Shown: positions 11,681 to 24,813, counted from the whole stretch's first letter. The stretch is 63,414 nt of DNA, filler included, from Rhabdomonas costata (GCA_019059605.1; 51 parts of 51 records of this genome joined end to end with filler, not necessarily neighbours in it), one strand, 5' to 3'. The notes: generated from the sequence alone by a model not told the origin. Translations and numbers: made by a program.

Positions 11681-14156
11681 CTGAGTAGACAAGAGGACAG
11701 GAGGCTGCTGCGGGCCACCGCTTGTGCTGATCTCAGCAGACGCGGAGGTGAACTATGTGTGTTATTATGTCATTCTTCTTTGACTTATATGGACATGAAA
11801 AGAAATACACACACCAAGAACAAAACAAGGGGAAACAACAAAAGACCGCCTCGTCAGGTGCACAACTGCTGCGTGACGGAAGGTATGGCTTCTGTCCGTC
11901 CTTAACTAGTGCGAAGACATGTGGGCGCAACGAAAAGAAAACAATCACATCAAACCGGCAAGGGCATCGTAGCTCGTCGGGGGAGACATCAAAGGCATGA
12001 CAAAAAGGCAGCAGAGCCCATGTGCACGCAAATACAAAAGGCGCAGGTTTCACACAAATACAAAAAAACACAAGGTAGGAACCGAGGTCCACTTCCCCCT
12101 TTCGCACCCAACCCGATGTGCATCGGCCTCACTCCTGCACAATCTGAAGTCGTGAAGCGGCATGGAACGGTGGAAGGGAGGTATTCAGGCGGCTGGCTCA
12201 ATAGGGAAGGAAGACACTCAGAAGGGCCCACACCCAGGACCCAGTTTGCTCTTCGGGTGGTAGTAGGGCCTTTTGTTCTTCGTTCCAGACTCCAAACCTC
12301 ATATGTACCAAAGATCGCTTTCACAAACACACCCACTAAGAAAATATTTGCAAACCAACANNNNNNNNNNNNNNNNNNNNNNNNNNNNNNNNNNNNNNNN
12401 NNNNTTAATTAATTAANNNNNNNNNNNNNNNNNNNNNNNNNNNNNNNNNNNNNNNNNNNNTTTGTGGTGGAAAAGGGGAGTCCTCTGTCTGTATAGGAAT
12501 GCCAAGAACTGCTATTGTTGGGCGAATGCAAGCGCCACATTTTTCAACGTTGCCTGAAGGTGGGTGCGTTATTTCATGTCCATGGATGTCAGTTTTTCAG
12601 TTGGGATGTTGTGCCCAACACCAGCTCTGGTCAACGCTTTGATATATCACTACGTGAGGTCACTGAAAAAACTCACCTTCCCGTATGTCCCGACCAGACT
12701 TTACGAATTATCCGAAGCAAAAATGACCGTAAGTCATCCAGACCACACTCGTATTTGTGAGGTGATTGCAGGGGCGCGATTTCCACCGTCTCTTTTTTGT
12801 TGTCCTTTCCCTTCCTCCCCAATAATTTTTTATATGGTGATGCGCGCAGCTTTTGTTGTCTGTGCGTGTGTGTGTTCCCACCTTTTTTCACTGTTGTTGT
12901 GGAGTTTCTGGTATCTGTGGTTTGATCGCTCACTGGAAAGATGGACCGCGCTCGGCCTGGGCTTCGGCTTTACCAGATGCCCCGGGGCCTCTTGGAGCAG
13001 GTCGAGGAGCAGCAGGAGGTGGAGGACCGCCAGGCCCTGCTGACAGAAAGCTGGCAGCACTACTGTGACAGGATTCCACAGTCCCATGAAGTTTGTCCGG
13101 AGGAGAGTTAGGTTAGATCGAGAGAGGGAACATGACAAGAAATGAAGAGGTAGTAGTTGTTGCAATTTTATCTGCAGGTTTTATATAGTTTTGTCTGACA
13201 CAGTTTTCTACCCAACCCCTTGACTGAAACCACAGCAACCGCAAGGCAGAGGGATCGCGATGGACACGGAAAACGGAACGTGAATTCATTTTTTATTTTG
13301 AGGTCAATCATGCCGGTTCCACCCTACAAGGACCCCAGAATCAGCTATATGTGGCGGATGCGCAAAGAATGCCGTAAAATGCGATCAGTGCATGAAAAAT
13401 CGGCTTTCAGGATAATAGTGCGTGCGCTCTGCGTTCGGACTGAATTAGTGTTCATCTCTGATGTGAGTTGCAGTATCTCTGACCCACCCACCATCGATCT
13501 CGTCTGGGACAGGTCCAGCGTGTGGAGGACCGACAGAAGTGGGTCACGGAGACCTGGGAGGACGAGATCGATGGTGGGTGGGTCAGAGATACTGCAACCC
13601 ACAACANNNNNNNNNNNNNNNNNNNNNNNNNNNNNNNNNNNNNNNNNNNNTTAATTAATTAANNNNNNNNNNNNNNNNNNNNNNNNNNNNNNNNNNNNNN
13701 NNNNNNTGCCTTGGATGTCGAATGCGTGTTAGACTGCGCAAATGTGGCTGTGGTCTTGGGTTTCGATGCCTGGGTGTGGGCGTGATCCACGATTACCCAC
13801 GAGATGTCTTCGCTCGGAAAACCGCTGAGAATGAGACGCATGCCGTTCTGATGTTGGGCGCATCATAGCAAGTTCCGCCTGAATACCCCCTGGAGAGTGT
13901 TGTTCCGATGCGTCCTAGAATAGCGCTGGCTTGCCTTTTTGCGCTGTACACCTGAAAAACCTGGCGGGATGGATCATCTCCGCAGACCATGAAACCACTC
14001 TATGTCATTTCAGATAACATACTTTTCTTTCTGCTACTCATTGTGAAGAATCTCAGGGGACAATGCGACAACCACTGACAGTTCTCGCAAAGACAGTCCG
14101 CCAACAACGGAGGGAAGCCACATGAAGATCATTTTCCCGCGTCATTCTCTTCTTAG

Positions 14157-14846
14157 AATGCTTCTGCTTCTCGTGCCCTTGGCCGTGGTCATCGCCGCCC
14201 ACAACAACTCCGCGTGTGCAGTGCTGGCCGGGCCCACTTTCGCGTCGGAGGCAATGACCCCGAATGACGTCTTCGACGGAGCAACGGCCTCGACGATGCT
14301 CCACCATGCCTCTCAGCACGACACGACCGGGTTGTCTCCAATTTGCTGGAAAATGGGGCGAATGTTACTGTGAAGGTGTGCTGCGCTTCCCTGGGTTTGT
14401 TGGGAAGGCCGTGCCCTGGCTTCATTTTAAGTATATTTCTGTGGTGAGTACATGTGAGGGCTGAAAGGTGTTAATCAAGTGTTCTGAGAGGATTGTAGGG
14501 CACCTACCTGTGAGTCTGCACCCATCTTTGACGCCAGTCCGCTGGTCACCCTCATCTTGCTGGCTGCTCTCTGAATTGTGGCAGCGTATTATATGAATCG
14601 TATTGCTCGATGGTTTTCTTGTGCTTCTCACTGCAAGCCTTAGTCTTCCCCACCTCGCCTTACAACATTTCTGTTACCGTTGCTCTCTGCATGGCTCTTA
14701 GGACGCCTCTGGGCGTGTGCCCTTGGCCGTGGGATTGACCTACTTCTCCGACTCCGCCTGTGCATTGCTGGCGGGGCCCACTTTCGCGGCGGAGGCGATG
14801 GCCCCGAGCGATGTCATAGAGAAGGCGACTGCCTCAACGATGCTCC
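14157..14846 (+). repeat. Tandemly duplicated exon-like unit (14157-~14310 and 14702-14846), protein unknown
   Basis: VPLAVVIAAHNNSACAVLAGPTFASEAMTPNDVFDGATASTML versus VPLAVGLTYFSDSACALLAGPTFAAEAMAPSDVIEKATASTML. Each copy is preceded by tcttAG. Confidence 0.8.
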
Positions 14847-15106
14847 AAACACNNNNNNNNNNNNNNNNNNNNNNNNNNNNNNNNNNNNNNNNNNNNTTAA
14901 TTAATTAANNNNNNNNNNNNNNNNNNNNNNNNNNNNNNNNNNNNNNNNNNNNTATGCTGATGTTTACAGATTTGCGGATGGCCAAATTGTTATTTAAAAC
15001 CTCACTTTTGACATATGTCACGTGCCCAAACAAGTGACCATTGACTCTAGTCCCCATCCAAAAAAGCTGTACGTGTAGCTGTGTGCCGCGCGTTTTTGTG
15101 GAAAAA

Positions 15107-16097
15107 CCTGCCCAGAGAAGCCAGACCCGCCAGAGCAGCCACCACGGGCGATAGCACCGCGTCAAATCCACTGGCGGAGGAGGAAGCATCCGCCTCGGGT
15201 TCACAGGCATGGAGTGGGAGCGGCGAGATGGGCAGAGGGGGAGGACGAGGGACGTCCTCCCTGTGCCCTGCAGAGGGTCCTCGCAGCAGAGCGGCCCCGG
15301 TCGGAGAATCTTCGGGGACATCTGGCGATACTGTGTCCCACCCCCCGCCAAAAACAAGTTTTGCAGTTCTTCTTCATGCCCATGTGCACGTCTTCTAGAT
15401 CCACTTGATCTTCTTGCCCCTGCTTTTGTAGTGAAACCTACTGGTTTGCTTCTGTGTATGGTGCCGCTTCTTTTCTATTGAAGTGACAGTTGTAAATCAG
15501 TCCTTTACGTGCATATCCACTCTACCCACCTCCCCTTTTGCGTGTGTACAGCCGCTGATTTCCACACTTGGAACACTTATAAGTGCCGGCGTCATACCCC
15601 ACTCCAGATATCTGTGAAGCATCAGTACCGAGGGGGAGGGGAACAAAATATAGCCCATCACTGTTTCGCCACCCAAGTGGCATCATTTCTTCACGCGCCT
15701 CGCAAGCTTGCTGTTTTCTATTCTTTATAGTAGAGTCATACTCGTTCAATAATAACAACTCCATCGCTTTTTAGGTTAACACCAACAAGGGCTTTACTTC
15801 ACACTGCACGTTACGCTGAGGACGTTACTTTTGGGATGTCTTTCAGTGTACAGGGAAAACAGAGAATAAGCCAAATACACCCAATAGGAAAGAACCCTTG
15901 CCATCTTTCCAAAAACACATGCACCCTCGCATGCCTTGGTCCACGGGTGGAGGGCTCGAAGCGAAGGCCACTCCGGAGTGCAGCTTCACGGTTGGTTCGG
16001 AGCTGCCCAACTCTGCCCTTGGATGCCGGGCGGAGATCACCAGGCTCTGGGTCTGCACCAGCCCCGGACGCTCCGCCAGTGAGGCTGAGGTGGGGGT
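15107..16097 (-). CDS. Two probable exons of a low-complexity Pro/Ser-rich hypothetical protein (~16097-15934, ~15331-15107)
   Basis: Two GC-rich open stretches flanked by splice-like sites. They join in frame only if the donor is GCATGC. Confidence 0.35.
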
Positions 16098-17954
16098 NNN
16101 NNNNNNNNNNNNNNNNNNNNNNNNNNNNNNNNNNNNNNNNNTTAATTAATTAANNNNNNNNNNNNNNNNNNNNNNNNNNNNNNNNNNNNNNNNNNNNCTA
16201 TCTCATGAAACCTAAGACAGTCAGCAATCAAAGTTGGAAGTTGGGGGCTAGTGCATTTGAAACGGCGGGTTCACCCTATTTTGGCCCCTTCCTGAGAGTT
16301 CAGGGGGCTAGGAGGTGATGCACGGGTACCCTGGGATTGCAATAGAAATAAGGTGGCGATGCACGGGTTCCCAGGGTTCTAATAAAGGCTTTTGCAGCGG
16401 GTTAGGTTAGTTGTTTTCATTTGCTGAACATGCACGCGCGGGTTAGAGCGGGTTGAGGGGTGGGGGTCACAAGCCCTTACGCCATGCATACCAGCACTGT
16501 ACGTAACCCTTTCCCTGCAGAATCCTTTCCATGGTATCCTAAGAGAGCTTGGCCAAAGCCTTCCCCTCCCCCAGCTTTTTTGGGCGCATCTTTTTCCCGC
16601 AAAGGAGGGTCCTGCCGCCACCGCCCTGGAGGAGTCCCCGGCGTGGTGCGGCGCACTTGCCGCGTCGGCCTCGCCGTCAGAGACCAGAAGGGAGGGGGGC
16701 AGCACTGCAGCTCCCGCGCACCGCGGGATGTGGAAGGTGCTCGAGCGCCGCGGAGGGAGTTGCCCACCCGCGGAGGGGCCCAAGGTGGGGGTGCACATCA
16801 CGGGCTTGTGCTGGCTTAGGGAGATCACGGAAAGCGATCTGAGAGGACAGGGAAGAACAATGGGTGCTTTTGCGGGGTAAATGGGAGCTGCTCGTTTTTT
16901 TTTAGTGTGGCGGTTACTCTCGAGTCTCCACTCAAGGAAAAAGCAGGAGAGCCAGCAGGACCGTCTTCAGAATAGATGAAACAATAATAGTAAAACAAAA
17001 TTAAAGAAAAAACACACAGCAGCAAGTGACAAGCGTCATGCCAGGTCGGTTTCTGTCCCGCGTCCACGCACCGGAACTGCAAAGATGAAGCTCACCGCTT
17101 TCCCGCCCATTCTACACATTGCATGCTAAAAAAGGGACGTACCCACGTTCCCCCGCCCGGGTAAAAGGTGTGCGATGCTGTACACAAAAACGAAACCATC
17201 GACAACAAAACCACAGCTCCCCTTACCAGTGAACAATGAACCAAAAGGACCACCAAAATAAACGGGGTGCAATGGTTTTAAAAGTCGAAAAAAAAATGGG
17301 GAGTCTTCCGCCCGAGGGACCTCTTCAGACGGACCCCAAAAANNNNNNNNNNNNNNNNNNNNNNNNNNNNNNNNNNNNNNNNNNNNTTAATTAATTAANN
17401 NNNNNNNNNNNNNNNNNNNNNNNNNNNNNNNNNNNNNNNNNNGGGTTGTGGTCTGCAGGGTAAAAGAATAAAATAAGAGGCCCGCAACGGAGATGAACGA
17501 TGCAAAATGTATGAGGAACTCGTGCCGGAAAAAAATGGCTGTCACTCGTGCGGTACATCTCTTGAGTTGGCCCACTTGCAAAGGAGGCCAACGGAACAGA
17601 TGACCAAACAAATGGGTTACAGTGTGGTCCTTGGAGGAGGCAAATTGGTACCGTGCGCTTGCTGACGTGGGCGTGCGCAAACAGAAGTGGCCGCCTGCAG
17701 CTGGCGTGATTGCCGGCATCACCCAACAGATATGTGCGAAATGACACATTATAGGAGGCCGTCCAGTTTTCCACACTGATTCACAGTTGCCCACCTGAAT
17801 GCGAAGGCAAGCTCTCCCTTTACACCTTTCATCGATTTCACTGCGGCAAACATCCATCTCCTTCAAAAAAATTGCGCCTGAAAGGAGTAGAGTGGAGGAA
17901 AAACAGAAGAGCGAAAAAGAAAAGGGCACAGGATTGAGCAAAGGTCACAGAAAC

Positions 17955-18027
17955 CGGTGTGAATGAGGCGCTGGGAGTGGCAAAATGCCACACACTGCAG
18001 CAGACTCGTAGAGATGTCCCGAATATC
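17955..18027 (-). CDS. Protein kinase exon, CLK/LAMMER-like (subdomains VIa-VIb)
   Basis: AG|DIRDISTSLLQCVAFCHSQRLIHT(D)|GT. 'IHTD' in place of HRD is typical of CLK/SRPK kinases. Confidence 0.8.
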
Positions 18028-19931
18028 CTGTGAACCCCCCCCCTCCACCTTTCCCCATATGGGGATGGAGTCGGAAGGGATCCAACAAAAGCTACGGAAC
18101 ACGCATACGGATTATTGTTCCTGCATGAAACTATCTACAACCGTCCAAACTGTAGGAAGATCCGTTGGGATCCGCGGAAAAATAAACCTAAGTGAAAGCG
18201 AAGCATCGAGAGAGGTTGGGGTAGGGGGGTGCATTCAGTGTTTCTTATCAGAGTTGGGGCTTTTAGGTTTTGTTGGGCGTTCAAGAACTTGCGGGACCAA
18301 ACCAGTCTTACCTCTTCCCCTGCCCGAGACCCAAGGGGGGTGTCGAAAAAAAAGAAATCCATTCGTCTGGCTCCACGCAAACGCAGCTAATCAGGGCAAT
18401 CCAACATCATTAAAATGGGCACTACCACACACACAAACATTTTGCAAGGTCACCACCCCCACACAACCCCAGAACTATCCGCGGCACACTTGGATGCAAA
18501 ATCCCTTGTAACCATTCTTCTTGATCACATCAAACAGGCTGAGACCCAGGCGCTGGAAGACGATGCACACGTGCCCCCAAAACAANNNNNNNNNNNNNNN
18601 NNNNNNNNNNNNNNNNNNNNNNNNNNNNNTTAATTAATTAANNNNNNNNNNNNNNNNNNNNNNNNNNNNNNNNNNNNNNNNNNNNGGTTTGTTTTGTACT
18701 GCCCGAGGATGTGTGTATGTGGGATCCCCGGCTTTGTCTGAGTGCTACCTTGCAAATATCTTGGGCTTGCCACGCAAGCAAGAGAGTTGGAGTGCGCTGA
18801 CCATCCCCCCTCCTTTTTTTTTCCTCTCTTCGTGTATATTTTGAGTGAAAATATATTGGCAACCATTTTTTGCAGTGAGCAGCAGGTGCGCCGACGTTTC
18901 CCTTGGGGTTGTTGGACACCCAGCGACAACGACATGTCCCGTGTGCCCTGGCTTGTTCTCCTTTCGTTTGCTACTTCCCACCCCCACTCTCTCTCTTCCG
19001 TTCTCGATCCTCGACACGACTGGATCTGGCCTGTCCCCCAGTTGCGCCCGTGTGTGTCCATGTGTTGAAGAGCACGTTAGCAGGCAAAGCTCCATTGATA
19101 CTGTCCTCTGTTTGCCTGTTTTTCGGCTCTGCATTTCCCTGGGTCCTCATTCTCACCATTGCTCGGGCACTTTCCCTTTGTTCGAAAGAGTGTGTCTGAT
19201 GGAGGTATTCACGCAAAATCACATTAGTCTAGTGTGTTTGTGTGGCTGTGTGTATGATGGGTGCCACTTCATTGCCCCAGTGTCAACAATGCGATTGTGT
19301 GCGTGCGTGATTGGTCAGGCTTGTGCGACTTAGTAGATAGTCCCTTGTCGCCTGTCTCTTTCTCTCTGAGGTCCCCAGAGTGGCACTCTTTTTACTTGGG
19401 CGCCTCCGCTCTGATGAAAATCCTTGCTCTTCGGAAGTTCGTATCACTACTTTTCCGGCTGAGCAGGTTCGCATCCCTGTCCCGCATTTTCCACGCCAGC
19501 ACTGCCTGGAAACCCAGTTATGGAAGAGAACTTGAAAAAGACGCGGGGCTGACTGGCTTAACGCTTCCCCTACGCTGATGAAGCTGAGGAGGGCCATCGT
19601 CGCGCACACTGATGTTGGATCTAGCTATGGCTTGGGGCCTGACAAGAAGGAGTGTTTGTCATTAGCGGTTTTTTGTTTTTCATTAACGGGCTCTTTTCTA
19701 TTTGAGACTGCGATGCTTCACAAGTGTTTTATTCAAACCTGATTTTCTCCGCGGTCTTTCCACGGTTCCACGAGAGTTTTTCTCCCAAATTGGTTCCTCC
19801 TAGTGCATTTATGGTGCTGTCCTTTGGCAGTNNNNNNNNNNNNNNNNNNNNNNNNNNNNNNNNNNNNNNNNNNNNTTAATTAATTAANNNNNNNNNNNNN
19901 NNNNNNNNNNNNNNNNNNNNNNNNNNNNNNN

Positions 19932-20716
19932 GTTTTTGCCGGGGTTGTGGTGGCCGCAGTGTTGAGTGCGGTTGGGATCGCGATGCTGCTGTCGCTGCCT
20001 ATGGAGCGTCTGGCGACGGGGATGGGGCGGCTGGTAATGCTGAAGTTTTCCGATCGGCAGGCAACCTCTATTGCCGACGGGTCCTCAGTAATCTCCGAAG
20101 TCCGGGGGTGTCAGCAGACTTTCGGCGCCCTTGAGCGGTTCGTTTGCTTCTTGTTCTGCGCTGTAGGGGGTGCGGTTGCTCTGGGCTGCGTGGTGGTCCT
20201 GCAGCGCACCTGGTCCCGCGCTTAGCGTCCTAGTACTCACTTCGGCCCTTCTTAGGGATCGCCCCGAATTTGCGTAACTTTGAGCCTTGCCCAAGCGCCA
20301 GGAACTCCGTGCAACTCTCCCCGAAAAATAATAGTTCATGTGGAGGGTGTGCTTTTGGCCCTTTATTTTTGGGATTTGGACATGGGCTGGCCAAGGGCAC
20401 TGCTTTTCAACGAGATCTACACGTCTCCCAGGTCCAAGAGTGCCCGGCACTTTGCCCATTCAGCGCGGCGTCACTCCGGCCTTCTGGAACCACGCTCTTG
20501 CTGATACGCTTATGTATTGTATGGTGTCACGGTCACAGTGTGCCTGTCTGGCGGTGCAAATCTATGGTTTTGATTGCATCCGTTACGTTAGAGGGCTGCA
20601 CGCGTTTGCGAAGTATGTGCCCCGGGATGTGGTGATGATGATGTTAAGTGGTGAGATGAGCTCCAACAACGCGATGGCCCGGCGGAAAGTGACCATCATG
20701 TTCGCCGACATCGTTG
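19932..20716 (+). CDS. TM-HAMP-class III adenylate/guanylate cyclase, exons ~19932-20137 and 20592-20716
   Basis: A TM helix and HAMP-like PMERLATGMGRL...ISEVRGCQQTFGALER join to GLHAFAKYVPRDVV...RRKVTIMFADIVG, which holds the first metal-binding Asp. Phase-correct GT-AG intron at 20138-20591. Confidence 0.92.
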
Positions 20717-21460
20717 GTATGCATTTTTATTCGCTTTTCGGTGTGAACATCACGTTGATATCGGTTCTTGAGCTCGGAGCATGTTGATTGGCTGCATTCG
20801 TCTGAAGGCCATGGGCGACGCTTCCCCCTGCTTATTGTTGTTGTCGTTCTGTACTGCCATCAGAGGGACATGACTTGCCGGGCGTGGGTATTTTCGAGTG
20901 CTGGCTGGGACAAAACGAAATCGGTGTCTGCGAACTATTCGTTGTGCAGATAAACCATATAAAAGATTGTTTTTGCCTTGTTTTCTCGCTGGTGTTAGTG
21001 TTGTTAGTATGAAGGCTAGGGAGATCTTACTCCTGGCGCCAGTAGTTTCGGCAACAACCGGAAGAAAACCCCACCCNNNNNNNNNNNNNNNNNNNNNNNN
21101 NNNNNNNNNNNNNNNNNNNNTTAATTAATTAANNNNNNNNNNNNNNNNNNNNNNNNNNNNNNNNNNNNNNNNNNNNGTTGGTGGGGATTAGGAGGTGATG
21201 CACGGGCACCCTATCAAGTCCTTTACTGAACCCCCCCCCCTCCCCACAGCCCACTGTAACCTTAACATCCATGTCCAACAAATGGAGGTTCCTTGGATCA
21301 AAGACATCCTGAAAAGGGAGCCCGTGCATCACCTCCTAATCCCTACAAAATCTTAAAATTCAATCGCAGAGGACCCGTGCATCGCCCCATTCACCCCTGC
21401 ACATACAGAAAGGAGCCCATAAAAGCACCTGTTCACAGCTCAAACAGGGTGGACCCACTC

Positions 21461-21491
<31 letters not shown>

Positions 21492-21659
21492 GGCAGTAAA
21501 CGACTAGCGCCGTCTTTTTACAATTGCAAAAGAAATCTGCACAGTCACATACATACCTCACCAGGGAGGTCCACTTCCCCCGTGAGCTCCCACCTTTCGA
21601 CGGGGCACGGGCACACGTACATACCAAGGAACAGACCGCGCGCTCTGCACCCAACACAC

Positions 21660-21991
21660 CGAGCATGGGAATAATCGTGAAGGCGGTGCTAGTGTTGACC
21701 CCGATCAGGCCCCCAGAGCGGGCGTCGCTGCTGGCGTAGGTCCCGGAGAGGTAGTTGTTGACCAGGCAGTTCACCCCGTCCCCCAGGGTCACCCGGTCTG
21801 CGGCGGGGTCCAGCATAAACCCCATGAACAGCAGGGTTGCCTGGTTGCCCACACAGATCGTCATCGGGGCAAACCCGGTGGCCCCGCGGACCTGCAGCCG
21901 GTTCAACGGCACAAAGCCCCCGTAGCAGCCCGTCTGGTTGGCACGGTAGCAAATCCCAAAATCCCCCGTAGTGTTGGCCATAAACGGGAAC
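21660..21991 (-). CDS. Exon of a probable extracellular beta-rich glycoprotein
   Basis: AG/GT-bounded GC3-rich exon FPFMANTTGDFGICYRANQTG...LQVRGATGFAPMTICVG...; it has several N-x-T sequons and spaced Cys. Confidence 0.65.
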
Positions 21992-23821
21992 CTGAACAAG
22001 GCGAGAGTGGGGAAAGGCAGAAGTGTGGTGGCTGGCGCCGCTGTGTGCTGACTTTCCAACTCCTTCTAACGGAGCAAAATATGGTGGAGACGGTCTCTTT
22101 CCACGAGCACGTTGCTCTCCAGTCCACGGAAAGGCACCATGCAGCCAGAAGAAATTAATTGCAAACTTGTAGCAGTGTATCGGCCCGTACTTTTCAACTT
22201 TTAACGGCATGTGCCAAAATGCATGCCCAACGGGCATACTGGGCGAAGCCGCTTTTCTTCGAAGAAAGGAAGCCCGAGCGTGAACAGCAACCCAAAGGGA
22301 GGAAGCATACGGCACCACCACCCNNNNNNNNNNNNNNNNNNNNNNNNNNNNNNNNNNNNNNNNNNNNTTAATTAATTAANNNNNNNNNNNNNNNNNNNNN
22401 NNNNNNNNNNNNNNNNNNNNNNNGGTTTTTTTGAAGTATGGCTGAGTGGGTTGGATCGCGGGAATGCCCAGCGCAGGAGTGACCTCATCGCACAGGTAAG
22501 TGTGTGAATTGTAACATAAGTTATTTAATCGCGCCCTCTACCTTGATTTTCGGTTTCAGAAAGAACAAGCGAAATCTTTTTGAATTCCATGGTTTACGGA
22601 GCCCCATCCCTCCGTGCACCCGCCATCCTTTTATCCTGGGAATATCTTCAGACCAGAATGTTATCACGCAGTGGTGGTAACGTGAATGGTGGCTGCCCTT
22701 CCGGGTTCCCATATGGCTGGGTGGCTCCAGGACAACGTGGACAGCCGACAGGACAACCGGCCCAATCCACCGCACTCTCGTGTAATATCATGTGTGAGAG
22801 TAAATTTGTTCCCATCGGCCCATCGGCTACCTTCCTTTTGTGCGCCCGTGTGGTTGGGTGGCTTCAGGACAACCTTGCCCAGTTCGGGCATCTGGAGCAG
22901 GTGTTCGACGCGATCGAGAGAGCCACGCAGTATGGGCCTCACACTCGCACGTACACACAACAACACAAACACACCCTCCGACAGGTGTGCACATTCATCC
23001 CACACGCTAAGCATTTTGGAAGCCAATGGAGAGAGCACTACACTGTACACTGGGTGTCATGGATAGGGAGATAAGCCCCGCTCAGTTCGACCCGACCGTC
23101 ATCCAGGCACAGCAAACTCACAAATGCGGGAGAGCGGCGTAGCATTTCCCTTTTTGGCACACCAACAAGACCCACAAGGCGAGAAATGGCTCTAAAATGG
23201 TCCCTACAGCAGATCTAAGCGGCCCTCCTAACCACTCCGGTGCCACCGGCATGAAGTACTTCTGGGCTCTACCCGTAGGAATGCTAAGCAGCCCCCGCCG
23301 AAGTCTGGCTCAGCAGGCCTGCAAAATTCTAAAATGGACCTTTGATGCGATAACGATGCAGACAGAGGGTACAGCAGCACAGTGTCATCGGGAAAGAGTT
23401 AAGGAGGCGGAGATGAAGATTTGAGTAGTAATTGGTTCTACCGTCCTCATTACCGGGTGACCGCTCACGATTGGTGCAGGTCCGGACGCCCGCAAAAGAA
23501 GCTGGATGGGGGTACTGCTGGAAGACCTCAGAACCTCAAAAAAAATTCTGTCTGCACACAAAACCCCCNNNNNNNNNNNNNNNNNNNNNNNNNNNNNNNN
23601 NNNNNNNNNNNNTTAATTAATTAANNNNNNNNNNNNNNNNNNNNNNNNNNNNNNNNNNNNNNNNNNNNAGGGGGGGGGGCTGACAAGGGCGTGTTCCTGA
23701 AATCTTTTTACCCGGAGCTTCTTAATAAATTGATCTTGGAGACGATTTAAGAGATAAATTCGGGCCTTTATGAGAATCGACTATCGCACCAGGAACACTG
23801 CACGCCCTGCCTCGAGCACAC

Positions 23822-24813
23822 CTCCTTGTACATGTAGATCTCGAACCTGGGGGTTACCAGCACCCAGGTCCGGATGTCAAACTTCCGCCCCGAGAGCAGG
23901 AACGGGCGCTCCAAGTACTTCTGCACCACAAAGGGGTACGGTTCCAGCGAGGAGTCCACAAAGGACGTCACCGCGGAGACATCCTTTTTGAGGTTCAAAG
24001 TAGGCGACCGTGCAAATAACACGGAGGGAACAGTATTATGTTTTTCAGTTCAAACAGCGCTGCAGTTTTGGGTCGTTACCTCATGACTCCAAGAATTCCA
24101 GCAGTAATTCCAGCAAATGACAAGCACCCTAGCTTTATGAAAGGCCAAGGGGTTGTTGTATTTTGGAGAGGGGTTTTTAACACTTCAAAGGTACACACGT
24201 ATGAAGCGGTTGAAGAGGGGCGCTTCCATGCAGACATTACCCGAGGCTGCGGACCGTTCCGGGAGATCTACCTAGCCAACGTAAACGGTGAGTTAATCTG
24301 TGGGGGGACGTCTACGAAAATCAGATGTGTACGACATGCACAGAAAAGCCCAAACAAAAATTGTTCATCAATTCACATGTCGTTATCACCGACAATCGTT
24401 CAACCTCCACACCACAAAACCACACCCGGCGCAACGTTTACACGAATTACAACACATGAGTGCGATGCCGCTGCAGAAGGGGAGGAGGCGATGCAAACCC
24501 ACCCTCCCAGCCAAAAAATACACCTCTTCGCCAAATGAAATAAGTGTCTCCCTTTCACAATGAAGTTTGCCCAAATCAGAAACACAAAATGTTGCAAGAC
24601 TACCAAGACCAGGTCAGGCAAAAGCTGTGCGTGTGGCGTGGACACCGTGAACAGTTCGATGCCCTCACCCTTGCAGCCGTGGCTGGATTTCACGATCCAC
24701 ACGTTTCGCGGGGCGTCCGGAGGCGCCGTGCGGGCCAGCGTGTCGAAGGCCCTCCGGAAAAGCCCGCGCTCGTCGCGGTGCTTCTCCCCCGCCCCCGGGG
24801 TCACCACAAAAAA
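23822..24813 (-). CDS. TTL: Tubulin-tyrosine ligase, exons ~24813-24646 and 23983-23822
   Basis: DERGLF...NVWIVKSSHGCKGEGIELFT|...FVVQKYLERPFLLSGRKFDIRTWVLV...IYMYKE. 'DER..F...NVWI.KSS.G.KGEGI' resembles TTL itself more than TTLL ligases. Confidence 0.88.

Noticed and set aside
12941..13572. Apparent peptide repeat VEDRQ..TE.W, and an LHTLDLS LRR-like word on the other strand
   Set aside because: Frame and strand are ambiguous, and the second copy overlaps a fold-back junction.
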